From a virus, in IMG/VR virus record IMGVR_UViG_3300025168_000047, positions 25,423 to 89,422 of that record: DNA of 64,000 nt. One strand, 5' to 3'. Of the stretch, positions 29,112 to 38,972 are shown piece by piece. Position 1 is the first letter of the stretch. Every line of letters begins with the position of its first letter. A program made the translations under genes and the position numbers. The notes under the pieces were generated by a model. The model saw only the letters and a list, made by a program, of their open reading frames with translations, had not been told where the DNA came from and did not search any database.

Positions 29112-32078
29112 ATGGCAACAGGGGATCCTACCGTATATTCATCTTACGGTAATTACATTAACCTACAAGACCTCTCATCTTCCGCTCAAGCAATTGGTGC
29201 TGGATCTGGTGAGTTAGGTGTTATTTTCTTATCTGCAAGCGTATTGCACTTAGGCCAAACTGGTTCCGCCGCAGGCGTAACCGTTGCAGCCCGCAATATG
29301 TCTCTTCCAGATCACGACGGCTCAGCCGTCGGACTTTCACTTGGTGGCGTGCTCGTTACGGCGACTGCTGCTGAGTTGAACAAACTTGATAACTGCACAG
29401 CTACTACAGCAGAACTCAACTACGTTGACGTTACGCCCGGAACAGCAGCAGCTACCAAGGCTCTCGTTCTTGACGCAAGCAAGAACATTGCAACGATTGG
29501 TACAGTTGGTTGTGGTGCTATCACTTCCACAGGTGCATCGTCGTTCGCACAAGGTACTTTTTCTGGACGCATCATCAGCGATGACGCAACAGAAGCTACT
29601 ACTACAACAGACGGCTCACTTCAAACCGATGGTGGTTTGAGTGTTGCAAAGAGCGCGGTTGTCGGTGACGACCTCGACCTCTTGTCTGACGGCTGTATCG
29701 TTAACTTCGGTGCATCCAAAGACATCAGTCTTACACACACAGCCGATACTGGCTTAACTATGGCAGGTGCCCATGCAAATGGTACTAACCTTAAACTTAA
29801 CAATACTGCTGGTGACGGTGACTGTCGCGTTGAATTACAACTTGATGGTACAACTCTTTGGTCCATGGGTGTAGAAGATGGTGATAGCGACAAGTTCGTA
29901 ATCGAAGACGGCGCAGGCGCACTCGGTGCAGATCCTGCATTCGAGATTGCTGCTGACAAGTCGGCTAAATTCTTCGGCACATTGGAGGCTACAACCTCCT
30001 TCACAATCGGTAGTGCCGCTCTTACAGAGGCTGAGCTTGAGATGCTTGATGGTATCACAGCCGGTACAGTTGCTGCTTCTAAAGCAGTTGTTGTTGACTC
30101 TAACAAAGACGCTGCTTCTTTCCGTAACCTTACTGCTACAGGCGCTGTGACTGCTGGTAGTTTCGTAATTGGCTCCGCTGACATCAGCGAAGCTGAGCTT
30201 GAGACTATTGACGGTGTTACTGCTGGTACAGTTGCTGCTTCTAAAGCAGTTGTTGTTGATAGCAACAAGGACATTTCTAGCTTCCGTCACCTCACCGCCG
30301 CAGGCGCTGTGACTGCTGGTACTTCGTTCATCATCGGTTCTGCCGATCTTAACGAGACCGACATGGAGAAGCTCGATGGTATCACTGACGGTACTGGTGC
30401 TGCAAACAAGGCTCTCGTCCTCGACGGTAGCCGCAACGTTGGCAACATCAACATGCTTACCGCTTCTTACGCTCGCATTGGCGAGCTTGACGTTGACTTG
30501 ATTAACACAATTAACAAGACCGAGACTACTCTCGAAATCCTTGACAAACTTATTATTGTTGCTTCCGGTTCCAACGCTGCTAACTCTGATGCTGCTGGAC
30601 TTCAGTTCGGTTCCATTTCTGGAACAGACAACGTTGCTTCGTTACTTTACGACAACGCCAACTCCGCTATCGACTTTAACATCGGTGGCACAACAGAGGT
30701 TCGTCTTGCTGACGGTGTATTCCGTCCTGAGACAGACAACGATGTTGACCTTGGTGCTTCTGGTGCTGAGTTCAAAGATCTTTACATTGACGGTGTTGCT
30801 TATGTTGATACTCTCAACGCAGACGCTCTTGGTGCAAACCTTGACCACGCTAACTACAACTCGACAAATGTTGATATCGACTCCGGTGCAATTGACGGCA
30901 CTATTATCGGTGCAGCTTCCGCTGCTGCCGCTACGGTCACTACTTTATCTTTGACAGAAATGGGTGCTAACTGGACTAACGCCAGCCGCACTGTTGCTGA
31001 CATGGGTGTAGTAACAACAATGGACCTCAATGGTGGTTCGATTGACGGTACTACAATTGGTGCGGCTTCCGCAACAACAGGTGTTTTCACAACACTTACC
31101 GCCAACACATCCGTGCTTCCAGACTCTTCTGGTGGTGCTGACCTTGGTTCTACATCTGCTGAATGGGGTGACCTCTTCATTGCTGATGACAAGAAGATCC
31201 AACTTGGTTCTGGTCAAGACTTCACAATGGAGTATGACGAGGATGGTGACGACGTAGCTCAGTTCGCTGGTGCTAACATGCGTCTTGGTCACGGTGCAGC
31301 CACAGAACTTCAGTTCCGTGACTCTGCTCTCAAGGTTTACTCTTCGGCTGACGGTCAACTTGACCTTGAAGCTGATACTGAGCTTGAGATCACTGCTCCA
31401 ACATTGGACGTTGACGCTTCTACTGCTGTTGCAATTACTTCGCCTAGCGTTGTAGTCGACAGCGGCACAAGTGACAAGCCAGTTCTTGAAATCAAGAACA
31501 CTAACGCCGATGCTAACCCGGGAACTTTGAAGTTCAACAAGGACAGCGCATCTCCAGCAGATAACGATGAACTTGGTGAGATCGAATTCTACGGTGATGA
31601 CGATGGTGGTACTGCCACTATGTTCGCTAAGATGGTAGTTTCTTCCACTGACGTTTCTAACGGTTCAGAGGACGGCGAAATTGCTTTCAAGATCCGCGCA
31701 GCAGGCGCAATCAAAGAGATTTCCATGGGTGGAGGCGCAGGTCTCACACTTCCAAACGACAGCACTTACGGTGTTGTTAAGGCTCACTCTTTGGTAACAT
31801 ATTCTGACGAAACCCTTAAGACTAATATCCAACCTCTTGACTCTGCTCTTGAGATGGTTAGCAAGTTGCAAGGTGTATCCTACGACTGGAAGTCTGATGG
31901 CTCCTCGGACGTTGGTTTCATCGCTCAGGATGTTCAAAAGGTTATCCCACAGGTTGTCTACGGCAACACTGAGGGTGATTACGCTCTTGACTACTCTAAA
32001 ATGACTTCGATTCTTGTCGAAGCTATGAAAGAGCAACAAGCACAAATCAACGATCTTAAAGCCCAATTGGACAAGTAA
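29112..32078 (+). CDS. Fibre protein with C-terminal peptidase S74 chaperone
   Basis: Repeats AELxxLDGITAGTVAASKAVVVDSNKD and IDGTxIGAAS; C-terminal YSDETLKTNIQPL...GFIAQDV...LDYSKMTSILVEAMKEQ; AAGGAG RBS. Confidence 0.85.
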   Translation: MATGDPTVYSSYGNYINLQDLSSSAQAIGAGSGELGVIFLSASVLHLGQTGSAAGVTVAARNMSLPDHDGSAVGLSLGGVLVTATAAELNKLDNCTATTAELNYVDVTPGTAAATKALVLDASKNIATIGTVGCGAITSTGASSFAQGTFSGRIISDDATEATTTTDGSLQTDGGLSVAKSAVVGDDLDLLSDGCIVNFGASKDISLTHTADTGLTMAGAHANGTNLKLNNTAGDGDCRVELQLDGTTLWSMGVEDGDSDKFVIEDGAGALGADPAFEIAADKSAKFFGTLEATTSFTIGSAALTEAELEMLDGITAGTVAASKAVVVDSNKDAASFRNLTATGAVTAGSFVIGSADISEAELETIDGVTAGTVAASKAVVVDSNKDISSFRHLTAAGAVTAGTSFIIGSADLNETDMEKLDGITDGTGAANKALVLDGSRNVGNINMLTASYARIGELDVDLINTINKTETTLEILDKLIIVASGSNAANSDAAGLQFGSISGTDNVASLLYDNANSAIDFNIGGTTEVRLADGVFRPETDNDVDLGASGAEFKDLYIDGVAYVDTLNADALGANLDHANYNSTNVDIDSGAIDGTIIGAASAAAATVTTLSLTEMGANWTNASRTVADMGVVTTMDLNGGSIDGTTIGAASATTGVFTTLTANTSVLPDSSGGADLGSTSAEWGDLFIADDKKIQLGSGQDFTMEYDEDGDDVAQFAGANMRLGHGAATELQFRDSALKVYSSADGQLDLEADTELEITAPTLDVDASTAVAITSPSVVVDSGTSDKPVLEIKNTNADANPGTLKFNKDSASPADNDELGEIEFYGDDDGGTATMFAKMVVSSTDVSNGSEDGEIAFKIRAAGAIKEISMGGGAGLTLPNDSTYGVVKAHSLVTYSDETLKTNIQPLDSALEMVSKLQGVSYDWKSDGSSDVGFIAQDVQKVIPQVVYGNTEGDYALDYSKMTSILVEAMKEQQAQINDLKAQLDK

Positions 32079-32119
32079 GATTGTATAAAATAGTCGTTTA
32101 GTTTCGATTAATCGATAAG

Positions 32120-32164
32120 AGATGCCCCGTTCAGGTTTCGACTTGGGCGGGGCATCTTGCTTTT
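32120..32164 (+). terminator. Intrinsic terminator with UUCG loop
   Basis: AGATGCCCCGTTCAGGT-TTCG-ACTTGGGCGGGGCATCT followed by TGCTTTT, just after the fibre gene. Confidence 0.85.
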
Positions 32165-32191
32165 AACAAAATCATAATTATACTATATAAT
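32163..32191 (+). promoter_or_regulatory. sigma70-type promoter TTAACA-N17-TATAAT, probably leaderless
   Basis: -10 ends 8 nt before ATG 32200; no SD. Confidence 0.55.
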
Positions 32192-32199
32192 AATATACG

Positions 32200-32604
32200 A
32201 TGAAGAAACACGACGATCCAAACTACATTGCAAAGGTTGAAAAAGCCATCGCACAGAAATACGGCCAAGAAACTATCCAACATCCGCGCTCTGATTGGTC
32301 AGACGAAAAAGAGAAGGATTATTTAGAACAGCTTAAAAGATTGGCCGAGAAAGAAACTAAGAGTGCAGACAAAACTGAAAAGGTTGAAAAGTCCGGGTTT
32401 TTAATCAGTAAAAAACTACTTAATAAAAGAAGTGAAAGGGGTTGTCCCGTTTGTGGAATATACTCTTTTGATACAAAAGACGATCTTTACATGAACAAAT
32501 ATGAATGTTGTTGGGAATGCTACATTCAATATGTTGATGGTAGAGAGGAAAGATGGAAAACTGGCTGGAGACCAAATAATGAAAATCACAAAAGCGAGAC
32601 TTAA
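32200..32604 (+). CDS. Hypothetical protein with putative Zn-binding Cys cluster
   Basis: CPVC...CCWEC motif. Confidence 0.6.
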   Translation: MKKHDDPNYIAKVEKAIAQKYGQETIQHPRSDWSDEKEKDYLEQLKRLAEKETKSADKTEKVEKSGFLISKKLLNKRSERGCPVCGIYSFDTKDDLYMNKYECCWECYIQYVDGREERWKTGWRPNNENHKSET

Positions 32605-33103
32605 GGAACTTATCACAGAGGAAGTTAGATCAATTCAGGGACAAAACCTCTCTAATGAAGCTGCATATGCTGATATTTTAAATCATATCACACCAATCAT
32701 CCGTCAGGCCCTAGGTCCAAATGCTAATCTTTATAAGGTTTTGACTGGTATGGCTGAGATGTATGCCAGAGAAGAATGGAGCCCCGATTCTATTAATGAA
32801 GATGGGCACGTTGACGTATCGTCTGCTCGCAGAAAGTTAAAGACCTCTATCGAAGACGCAATGCAGATTTTGCAAGCTCTTGAGGCAATGCCAGAGGAAG
32901 GCGATCTACCTAGCTGGTGGATGAGCAAGCTTACGTTATCAGCAGACTATCTTAATAAAACAAGAGATTACTTATTGGTTCAGGAAGGCAAAGAAAACGA
33001 AAACAACCCATGGGCAATCTGCACAGCTTCAGTCGGAAGAGAAGACGAAGGCAAGTATGAGAGTTGTGTGAAGAGTGTTAAGAAACAAAACAAGAAGAAA
33101 TAA
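32579..33103 (+). CDS. Putative internal head protein
   Basis: ATG 32579 (GGAG upstream) gives MKITKARLKELITEE; several L/I-x-E sites; C-terminal PWAICTASV...CV motif. Confidence 0.5.
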   Translation: MKITKARLKELITEEVRSIQGQNLSNEAAYADILNHITPIIRQALGPNANLYKVLTGMAEMYAREEWSPDSINEDGHVDVSSARRKLKTSIEDAMQILQALEAMPEEGDLPSWWMSKLTLSADYLNKTRDYLLVQEGKENENNPWAICTASVGREDEGKYESCVKSVKKQNKKK

Positions 33104-33127
33104 ACTTAGTGTTTGCGAAAGCACAAA

Positions 33128-33135
33128 ACTATTTA
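33128..33135 (+). promoter_or_regulatory. Candidate late promoter ACTATTTA
   Basis: Intergenic, 27 nt before ATG 33163 with AGGAG RBS. Confidence 0.65.
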
Positions 33136-33162
33136 TTAGGCAACATTTCTAGGAGAATTTAA

Positions 33163-33678
33163 ATGGCAACAGTAATGGACATTATTAAAGGTATTTCACA
33201 GGCCGCCGCAAACGCTTACGACGGTGCCCACGATGCAAGAGCCGCATCTGACGGCGAAGCACGAACAGCAGGTCTCAAAAGAGAGCAGGGTGACATGAAT
33301 ATCGAAGCGAGAGTTATGGACGCATTTAACGTAAGATTCCATGGTGACCGCCTTTCTGTTCATTATCATGGTGGCTGTAGGTTAAAAGAAACTCACGACC
33401 GAAGTACATTCGAGAATGAGATTAACCAGCATCTTGCAGATGTTGTTAAATATCTTAAGAAAGAATACAAAAAGATCACAGGCGATACTCTGACCCTCAC
33501 ACAGGAAGGTGACTCGGATATCTTGGTTCAATACATTAGTCGCATCCGTTGCGATGTTCAGGCTACACAAATGTATAAGATTGGTGGAATGGATGGTGTC
33601 GTTGACGCAAAAGATTCTTCTGAAGATCGTCTTGATGATGCAATTAAAAATTGGTTGAAACTCGGCAAGGGTGGGTAA
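33163..33678 (+). CDS. Hypothetical protein upstream of terminase
   Basis: Clean ORF, AGGAG RBS, late motif; no recognised domain. Confidence 0.55.
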   Translation: MATVMDIIKGISQAAANAYDGAHDARAASDGEARTAGLKREQGDMNIEARVMDAFNVRFHGDRLSVHYHGGCRLKETHDRSTFENEINQHLADVVKYLKKEYKKITGDTLTLTQEGDSDILVQYISRIRCDVQATQMYKIGGMDGVVDAKDSSEDRLDDAIKNWLKLGKGG

Positions 33679-33686
33679 GAAGGTGA

Positions 33687-35273
33687 ATGGGACACCAACT
33701 CACAAAGAAAGAGATCACAAGAGAAATTCTCAAGTGTGGTAAAGACCCCGTTTATTTCATCAACAACTATGCTAAGATTTCCCACCCGATGCACGGGTTG
33801 GTACCTTTTAAGCTTTATGATTATCAAGCTGATTTAGTCGAGGACTTTAACGACTATCGTTTTAATATTATCCTTAAAGCTCGACAACTCGGTATCTCGA
33901 CAGTGACTGCGGCATACATTGCATGGATGATGATCTTTCACCGAGATAAGAACATTCTTGTTATGGCAACGAAGTTTGGAACAGCAGGAAACTTAGTTAA
34001 GAAAGTAAAGGCTATTGTTAAGCATCTGCCACCATGGATTCGAATATCAAATGTTTCTATTGATAACAGAACTTCTTTCGAACTCTCCAATGGATCTCAG
34101 ATTAAAGCATCTTCAACTTCTGGTGACGCAGGTCGTTCGGAAGCCCTGTCACTTCTTGTAATTGACGAGGCCGCACATGTTGACGGTCTAGACGAGTTGT
34201 GGACAGGGCTTTATCCTACATTGTCCACAGGTGGTCGCTGCATCGCACTTTCAACACCAAACGGTGTCGGAAACTGGTTTCACAAAAGCTATACAGATTC
34301 AGCGATTCAACAAAACGACTTTCATCCAACAGAATTAATGTGGGATGTACATCCGGAACGCGATCAAGAATGGTTTGAGCATGAAACAAGAAATATGTCG
34401 CGACGACAGATCGCACAGGAGCTTGAATGTAATTTCAATACTTCTGGTGAGACAGTCGTTCACCCGGACGATATCGCATATATGCTAGAACAAACTTGCG
34501 AACCAAAATATAGAACTGGATTCGACAGAAATTTTTGGATTTGGGAAAGCTATCTTCCCGAATGCACTTATTTGATCTCGGCAGACGTCGCAAGGGGCGA
34601 CGGCAAAGACTATTCTGTCTTTCACGTTTTCAATTTAGATACAATGGAGATTATCGCAGAGTATCAAGGAAAGGTCACTCCAGATGTTTTCTCTCAGATC
34701 CTTGCAGACGCTGGAAAAGAGTATGGTGATTGTCTGGTTGTGGTAGAAAACAACACTGTTGGCTTTGCAGTATTAGATAAATTAAAAGAGAAGGGGTATC
34801 CAAATGTTTACCATTCTATTAAATCAAGTCACGAGCAGATTGATCAAGTTCAAGCAGAATTTAACAACTCTGCCGTTGCAGGATTTACCACGTCTTTAAA
34901 GACACGACCAATGATTGTTGCGAAAATGGAAGAGTTTGTAAGAAATAAACTAGTTAAGGTGTATTCATCCAGACTTTTAAATGAATTTAAGACTTTCATT
35001 TGGAACAACGGTCGCCCACAAGCTATGCGCAGTTATCATGATGATTTAATCATGGCTTTTGCAATTGGATGTTGGGTAAAGGATACAGCATTTGCTGAGG
35101 CCCAACGAGACGTGCAATATCAAAAAGCCATCTTAAATTCTATGAAGAAAAGTGATAGTATTATGAATACAACCATATCCGGAATGCAAGGGTACAGACC
35201 TACAAACAGTTCGGAGAAAGCAAAAAAAGAAGCTGAAAAGAATAAAGACTTTATGTGGCTCTTTAAAGGATAA
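33687..35273 (+). CDS. terL: Terminase large subunit (T4 gp17-like)
   Basis: LYDYQ adenine-binding motif, LKARQLGIST Walker A, LVIDEAAH Walker B, LSTPNG coupling motif, nuclease ADVARG and HDDL. Confidence 0.95.
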   Translation: MGHQLTKKEITREILKCGKDPVYFINNYAKISHPMHGLVPFKLYDYQADLVEDFNDYRFNIILKARQLGISTVTAAYIAWMMIFHRDKNILVMATKFGTAGNLVKKVKAIVKHLPPWIRISNVSIDNRTSFELSNGSQIKASSTSGDAGRSEALSLLVIDEAAHVDGLDELWTGLYPTLSTGGRCIALSTPNGVGNWFHKSYTDSAIQQNDFHPTELMWDVHPERDQEWFEHETRNMSRRQIAQELECNFNTSGETVVHPDDIAYMLEQTCEPKYRTGFDRNFWIWESYLPECTYLISADVARGDGKDYSVFHVFNLDTMEIIAEYQGKVTPDVFSQILADAGKEYGDCLVVVENNTVGFAVLDKLKEKGYPNVYHSIKSSHEQIDQVQAEFNNSAVAGFTTSLKTRPMIVAKMEEFVRNKLVKVYSSRLLNEFKTFIWNNGRPQAMRSYHDDLIMAFAIGCWVKDTAFAEAQRDVQYQKAILNSMKKSDSIMNTTISGMQGYRPTNSSEKAKKEAEKNKDFMWLFKG

Positions 35274-35278
35274 AACAA

Positions 35279-37225
35279 ATGGCAGGTAGATACGGAAAAA
35301 CTAACAACCCTCGGAACACAGATTCTAGATTATTTAAACAATTGACTAGATTGTTTTCTGGACCTATTGTAAATTACAGAAGGCAGATTCCGAGAAAGAA
35401 CAAAAGACGTCACTTAGACAAACATCAGTTTAAGTCAGCGTCCGGAAAGCAATTTAAAAAGGTCGCCTACGATCCGTTTGAGAATTTATCTTCAATGCTC
35501 CTTCAGAATCAGGGCCGCGTTGAGAGATACGGCGACTTTGATCAAATGGAATATGAACCAATCATCGCATCAGCTTTAGATATTTATGCAGACGAGATGA
35601 CAACTTCTTCTGATTTACAGCCTTTGCTTTCGATTAAGTGCCCGAATGAAGAGATTAAGGCGATCTTGAGTACATTATATCATCAAGTTTTGAATCTTGA
35701 GTTCAATCTTTTTGGATGGTGTCGTTCGATGTGCAAGTATGGAGACTTATTTCTTTATTTAGATATCGATGAATCAATGGGGATTCAAAATGTAATCGGT
35801 TTACCTTCTCATGAGGTTGAGAGATTAGAAGGCGAAGACAAGACAAATCCAAATTATGTTCAATATCAGTGGAACACTGGTGGTTTAACTTTTGAAAACT
35901 GGCAGGTTGGCCATTTTCGTATTCTTGGAAACGACAAGTATGCCCCTTACGGAACCTCTGTCTTAGAAGCTTCTCGTCGTATCTTTAGGCAGCTTACTTT
36001 GTTAGAAGACGCTGTTATGGCCTATCGTATTGTTCGCTCACCAGAACGTCGCGTGTTTTATATTGACGTCGGCGGTGTTGCACCAGAAGATGTGGAACAA
36101 TATATGCAGAAGGTTATGACGCAAATGAAGCGAAATCAGATCGTTGACTCAACAACAGGTCGAGTCGACCTTCGTTACAATCCTTTAAGCATTGAGGAAG
36201 ACTACTTTGTTCCAACAAGGGGGAACACGTCTTCTAGAATTGAGAATCTCCCCGGTGGAGCATACTCCGGAGATATTGACGATGTTAAATATTTAAAGGA
36301 CAAGCTTTTTGCAGCACTCAAAGTACCTCAGGCTTATTTGTTTAGAGGCGAAGGTGCAGAAGAGGACAAAGCGACTCTTGCACAGAAAGATATTCGTTTT
36401 GCAAGAACAATTCAGAGATTGCAAAGAGCGATTGTTGCAGAATTAGAAAAAATTGGTATTATTCACCTTTATACTTTAGGTTATAGGCATGAGGATCTTG
36501 TTTCATTCAAGTTATTCCTTAATAATCCATCTAAGATTGCAGAACTTCAAGAGCTTGAGCATTGGAGAACGAAATTTGACACTGCCGGCGCAGCAACTGA
36601 GGGTTACTTCTCAAAACGCTGGGTTGCCGAGCACATCTTCAGTCTTTCTGAAGAAGAATTTGTTCGCAATCAAAGAGAGATGTTCTATGATCGCAAGTTC
36701 GAGGCGATGCTTGAAGCCGAATCGGAAGCAGGTCTTGAAGCCGCAGCCGGCGATCTGGGCGACCTCGGAGATGATGACCTTGGAGGTGAAGATCTCGGAG
36801 GTGAGGACTTAGGAGGTGAAGATCTCGGTGCCGACTTAGGCGGAGAAGAGTTCGGAGCCGAAGAAGACGAAGATAACGTCCTTCTCGCCGAACCCGGCAA
36901 AAGAGATGAATATACAAAACCCGGCTGGAAGGGTGCAACCTATACAAAGGTTGAGGACACACGCGGAGATCGTCGTTCCCGTGGAGCGAGATATCGTAGT
37001 AATATTTCAAAAGGCGGAGACTCAGTTGGCCGTAACACAAGAAGGAATACTTTTAAGGGATACTCAGAATTATCTAGTTTAGCAAACCTTACTTATGAAC
37101 AAAAAGAGACTACTTATAATGACAGCGAAGAGCAGAAGCTGTTTGAAACAAAAACTGCCGTAAAAAACCTAATCACAGAGTTAGAAAAAAAGGATTTGAA
37201 AAAGGATGAAAAAGTTGAAGCATAA
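35279..37225 (+). CDS. Portal protein (T4 gp20-like)
   Basis: LLEDAVMAYRIVRSPERRVFYIDVG, EDYFVP, LPGG, DDVKY, ALKVP are characteristic gp20 motifs; follows terminase. Confidence 0.93.
   Translation: MAGRYGKTNNPRNTDSRLFKQLTRLFSGPIVNYRRQIPRKNKRRHLDKHQFKSASGKQFKKVAYDPFENLSSMLLQNQGRVERYGDFDQMEYEPIIASALDIYADEMTTSSDLQPLLSIKCPNEEIKAILSTLYHQVLNLEFNLFGWCRSMCKYGDLFLYLDIDESMGIQNVIGLPSHEVERLEGEDKTNPNYVQYQWNTGGLTFENWQVGHFRILGNDKYAPYGTSVLEASRRIFRQLTLLEDAVMAYRIVRSPERRVFYIDVGGVAPEDVEQYMQKVMTQMKRNQIVDSTTGRVDLRYNPLSIEEDYFVPTRGNTSSRIENLPGGAYSGDIDDVKYLKDKLFAALKVPQAYLFRGEGAEEDKATLAQKDIRFARTIQRLQRAIVAELEKIGIIHLYTLGYRHEDLVSFKLFLNNPSKIAELQELEHWRTKFDTAGAATEGYFSKRWVAEHIFSLSEEEFVRNQREMFYDRKFEAMLEAESEAGLEAAAGDLGDLGDDDLGGEDLGGEDLGGEDLGADLGGEEFGAEEDEDNVLLAEPGKRDEYTKPGWKGATYTKVEDTRGDRRSRGARYRSNISKGGDSVGRNTRRNTFKGYSELSSLANLTYEQKETTYNDSEEQKLFETKTAVKNLITELEKKDLKKDEKVEA
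36751..36850 (+). repeat. Imperfect 15-bp repeat encoding DLGGE in the portal's acidic tail
   Basis: GDLGDLGDDDLGGEDLGGEDLGGEDLGADLGGEE. Confidence 0.75.
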
Positions 37226-38039
37226 TAAGAAAAGAAATACCGCTTTTCTTTACGAGACCCTCGTACGAGAACTTACTAAATCTATCGTAAAAAAGAATAA
37301 TGAGCGCAAAGAAAAATTAATGGAAACCATTAAAGAGTTTTTTGGCAAGGATAAGCTTCTTGCAAAGGAACTGGAACTTTATAAATCGCTTTGCGAGACA
37401 TATGACATGGAACCACACGTTGCCGAGAAGCTAATTTTTGAAATTAGAAAGAAGCACGACACTTTAAATAAAAAGGATCTGTTCAACGAGCAAAGCTCTC
37501 TTATTAAAAAGATGAATATGATCGTTTCTAAAAGCGCCTTTTCTAGTTTTGTGCCAAATTATAAGAATCTTGCAACTGTTTATCAAATTTTTAATCAAGA
37601 CACCCCAACAAAAGAAAGAGTTCTTTTAGAAAGTAAGATGTTGCATACGATGACAAAAAAGGCGAAAGAAGTAATTCAAGAAATGAAGCCGATTGATGAC
37701 CTCACTTTCAAAACATTTGTTGAAAAGTTTAATACAGAATATTCTGGAAAGCTCATCAACGAACAGAAAGAGCTTTTAACAAAGTATATTTCTTCTTTTA
37801 TCGACAACGGCATTGAGTTAAAGATCTTTTTAAATGAAGAACTTGGAAGATTGAAGAAAATTGTTACTGAATCTGCATCTATGGAAGAAGTCAAGAATGA
37901 CGAAGAAATGAGCGAGAAGACAAAAAAGGTCTTGGAGATCATCGAAGATTTTAAAAACCATAAGATTGGCAAAGAGCTTATCGAAAAGATCTTGAAAATT
38001 CAAAATTTAGCTAGCGAGATTCAAACAGATGTCAATTGA
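37206..38039 (+). CDS. Hypothetical head-assembly region protein
   Basis: Helical Lys/Glu-rich ORF between portal and protease; ACTACTTA at 37109-37116 upstream. Confidence 0.55.
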   Translation: MKKLKHNKKRNTAFLYETLVRELTKSIVKKNNERKEKLMETIKEFFGKDKLLAKELELYKSLCETYDMEPHVAEKLIFEIRKKHDTLNKKDLFNEQSSLIKKMNMIVSKSAFSSFVPNYKNLATVYQIFNQDTPTKERVLLESKMLHTMTKKAKEVIQEMKPIDDLTFKTFVEKFNTEYSGKLINEQKELLTKYISSFIDNGIELKIFLNEELGRLKKIVTESASMEEVKNDEEMSEKTKKVLEIIEDFKNHKIGKELIEKILKIQNLASEIQTDVN

Positions 38040-38583
38040 AATTAAAGTAGGCTCAGATGCAGTAGCAGAGGAAGAGAAGCCAGTACAAGCTTCGATGACC
38101 CTTAATGCCCGCAAATCTCTTGATGGCAACATTATGATTTTTGATCATGAAGAAATCGACATTGTTGTAATGCCTGCTGAAAACAAGGTCGTTGCGTTTC
38201 CAAAAGATCTCATGGAAGACGCAGTGTATGCTGCCCAAGATCGTCTTTTTTATCACTTAATAAAGAAGGGAATCATCTTACCAGAGTCTGTCCATGGCGG
38301 AAACGTATATGGTTCTCTCGAAGGCGCTATTGCCACACCGATTCAAGAAGATGTTAGCGCAACACAAACCGCAGTATTTTCAATTGGTAAGTTTCTTTCG
38401 GAAGAAAAACCATATTTTGAAACATATAAGAATTATGAAGAAGATGGGATGGAGGATCTTACTGATCCGGATCCCGAAGATTCAACTGAACTCGGAGAAG
38501 TACCTCACGAGACAGAAAAGGGATCTTTACGAAAGGGCTGGATTCGCGGCCCTTACGGCATGACCTATACATATCGTTATTAA
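38029..38583 (+). CDS. Hypothetical acidic protein
   Basis: Overlapping ORF in the head operon. Confidence 0.55.
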   Translation: MSIEIKVGSDAVAEEEKPVQASMTLNARKSLDGNIMIFDHEEIDIVVMPAENKVVAFPKDLMEDAVYAAQDRLFYHLIKKGIILPESVHGGNVYGSLEGAIATPIQEDVSATQTAVFSIGKFLSEEKPYFETYKNYEEDGMEDLTDPDPEDSTELGEVPHETEKGSLRKGWIRGPYGMTYTYRY

Positions 38584-38591
38584 GAGGCTGT

Positions 38592-38900
38592 ATGGAATTA
38601 CTTTATTTCATTTTATGCGCTTATGGTATAACTTCGATCATCGTTTTTAGCCACATTGTAAAAGCTCCACGAGAGTATCTTTCATCAAAATCCAATTGGC
38701 TGTGTGAATTGCTTCATTGCACAATGTGCACTGGCTTTTGGGTTGGTGTATTTCTATGTGGCGTAAACAAATTCACTGAACTATTTACATTTGACTATAA
38801 TTTCATTAACTTCTTGCTCCTAGGAGCCCTCAGTGCGGGTACTTCATACCTATTAAACACTGTTGTCGATGATGATGGTATAAAAATTGGGAGTAAATAA
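38592..38900 (+). CDS. Small membrane protein with CxxC (DUF1360-like)
   Basis: Three hydrophobic segments; LLHCTMCTGFWVG. Confidence 0.6.
   Translation: MELLYFILCAYGITSIIVFSHIVKAPREYLSSKSNWLCELLHCTMCTGFWVGVFLCGVNKFTELFTFDYNFINFLLLGALSAGTSYLLNTVVDDDGIKIGSK
38780..38787 (+). promoter_or_regulatory. Candidate late promoter ACTATTTA
   Basis: Inside the membrane-protein gene, about 115 nt before the small ORF and protease. Confidence 0.45.
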
Positions 38901-38901
38901 G

Positions 38902-38970
38902 ATGAACACCGACGCCTTCACAGATAAATGGATGCTGCAACCAGTTAGACGTTGCTGCAAAGGATCGTGA
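38902..38970 (+). CDS. Unannotated 22-aa peptide MNTDAFTDKWMLQPVRRCCKGS
   Basis: Fills the gap between stop 38900 and ATG 38973; GGGAG 8 nt upstream. Confidence 0.5.
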   Translation: MNTDAFTDKWMLQPVRRCCKGS

Positions 38971-38972
38971 CT

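Noticed and set aside
33163-33678. Small terminase subunit
   Set aside because: Position fits, but no gp16-like or HTH motif was recognisable; left as hypothetical.
33687-35273. Intein or intron in terminase (also checked primase and polymerase)
   Set aside because: Lengths are normal or short, motifs are contiguous, and no splice-junction or homing endonuclease motifs were seen.
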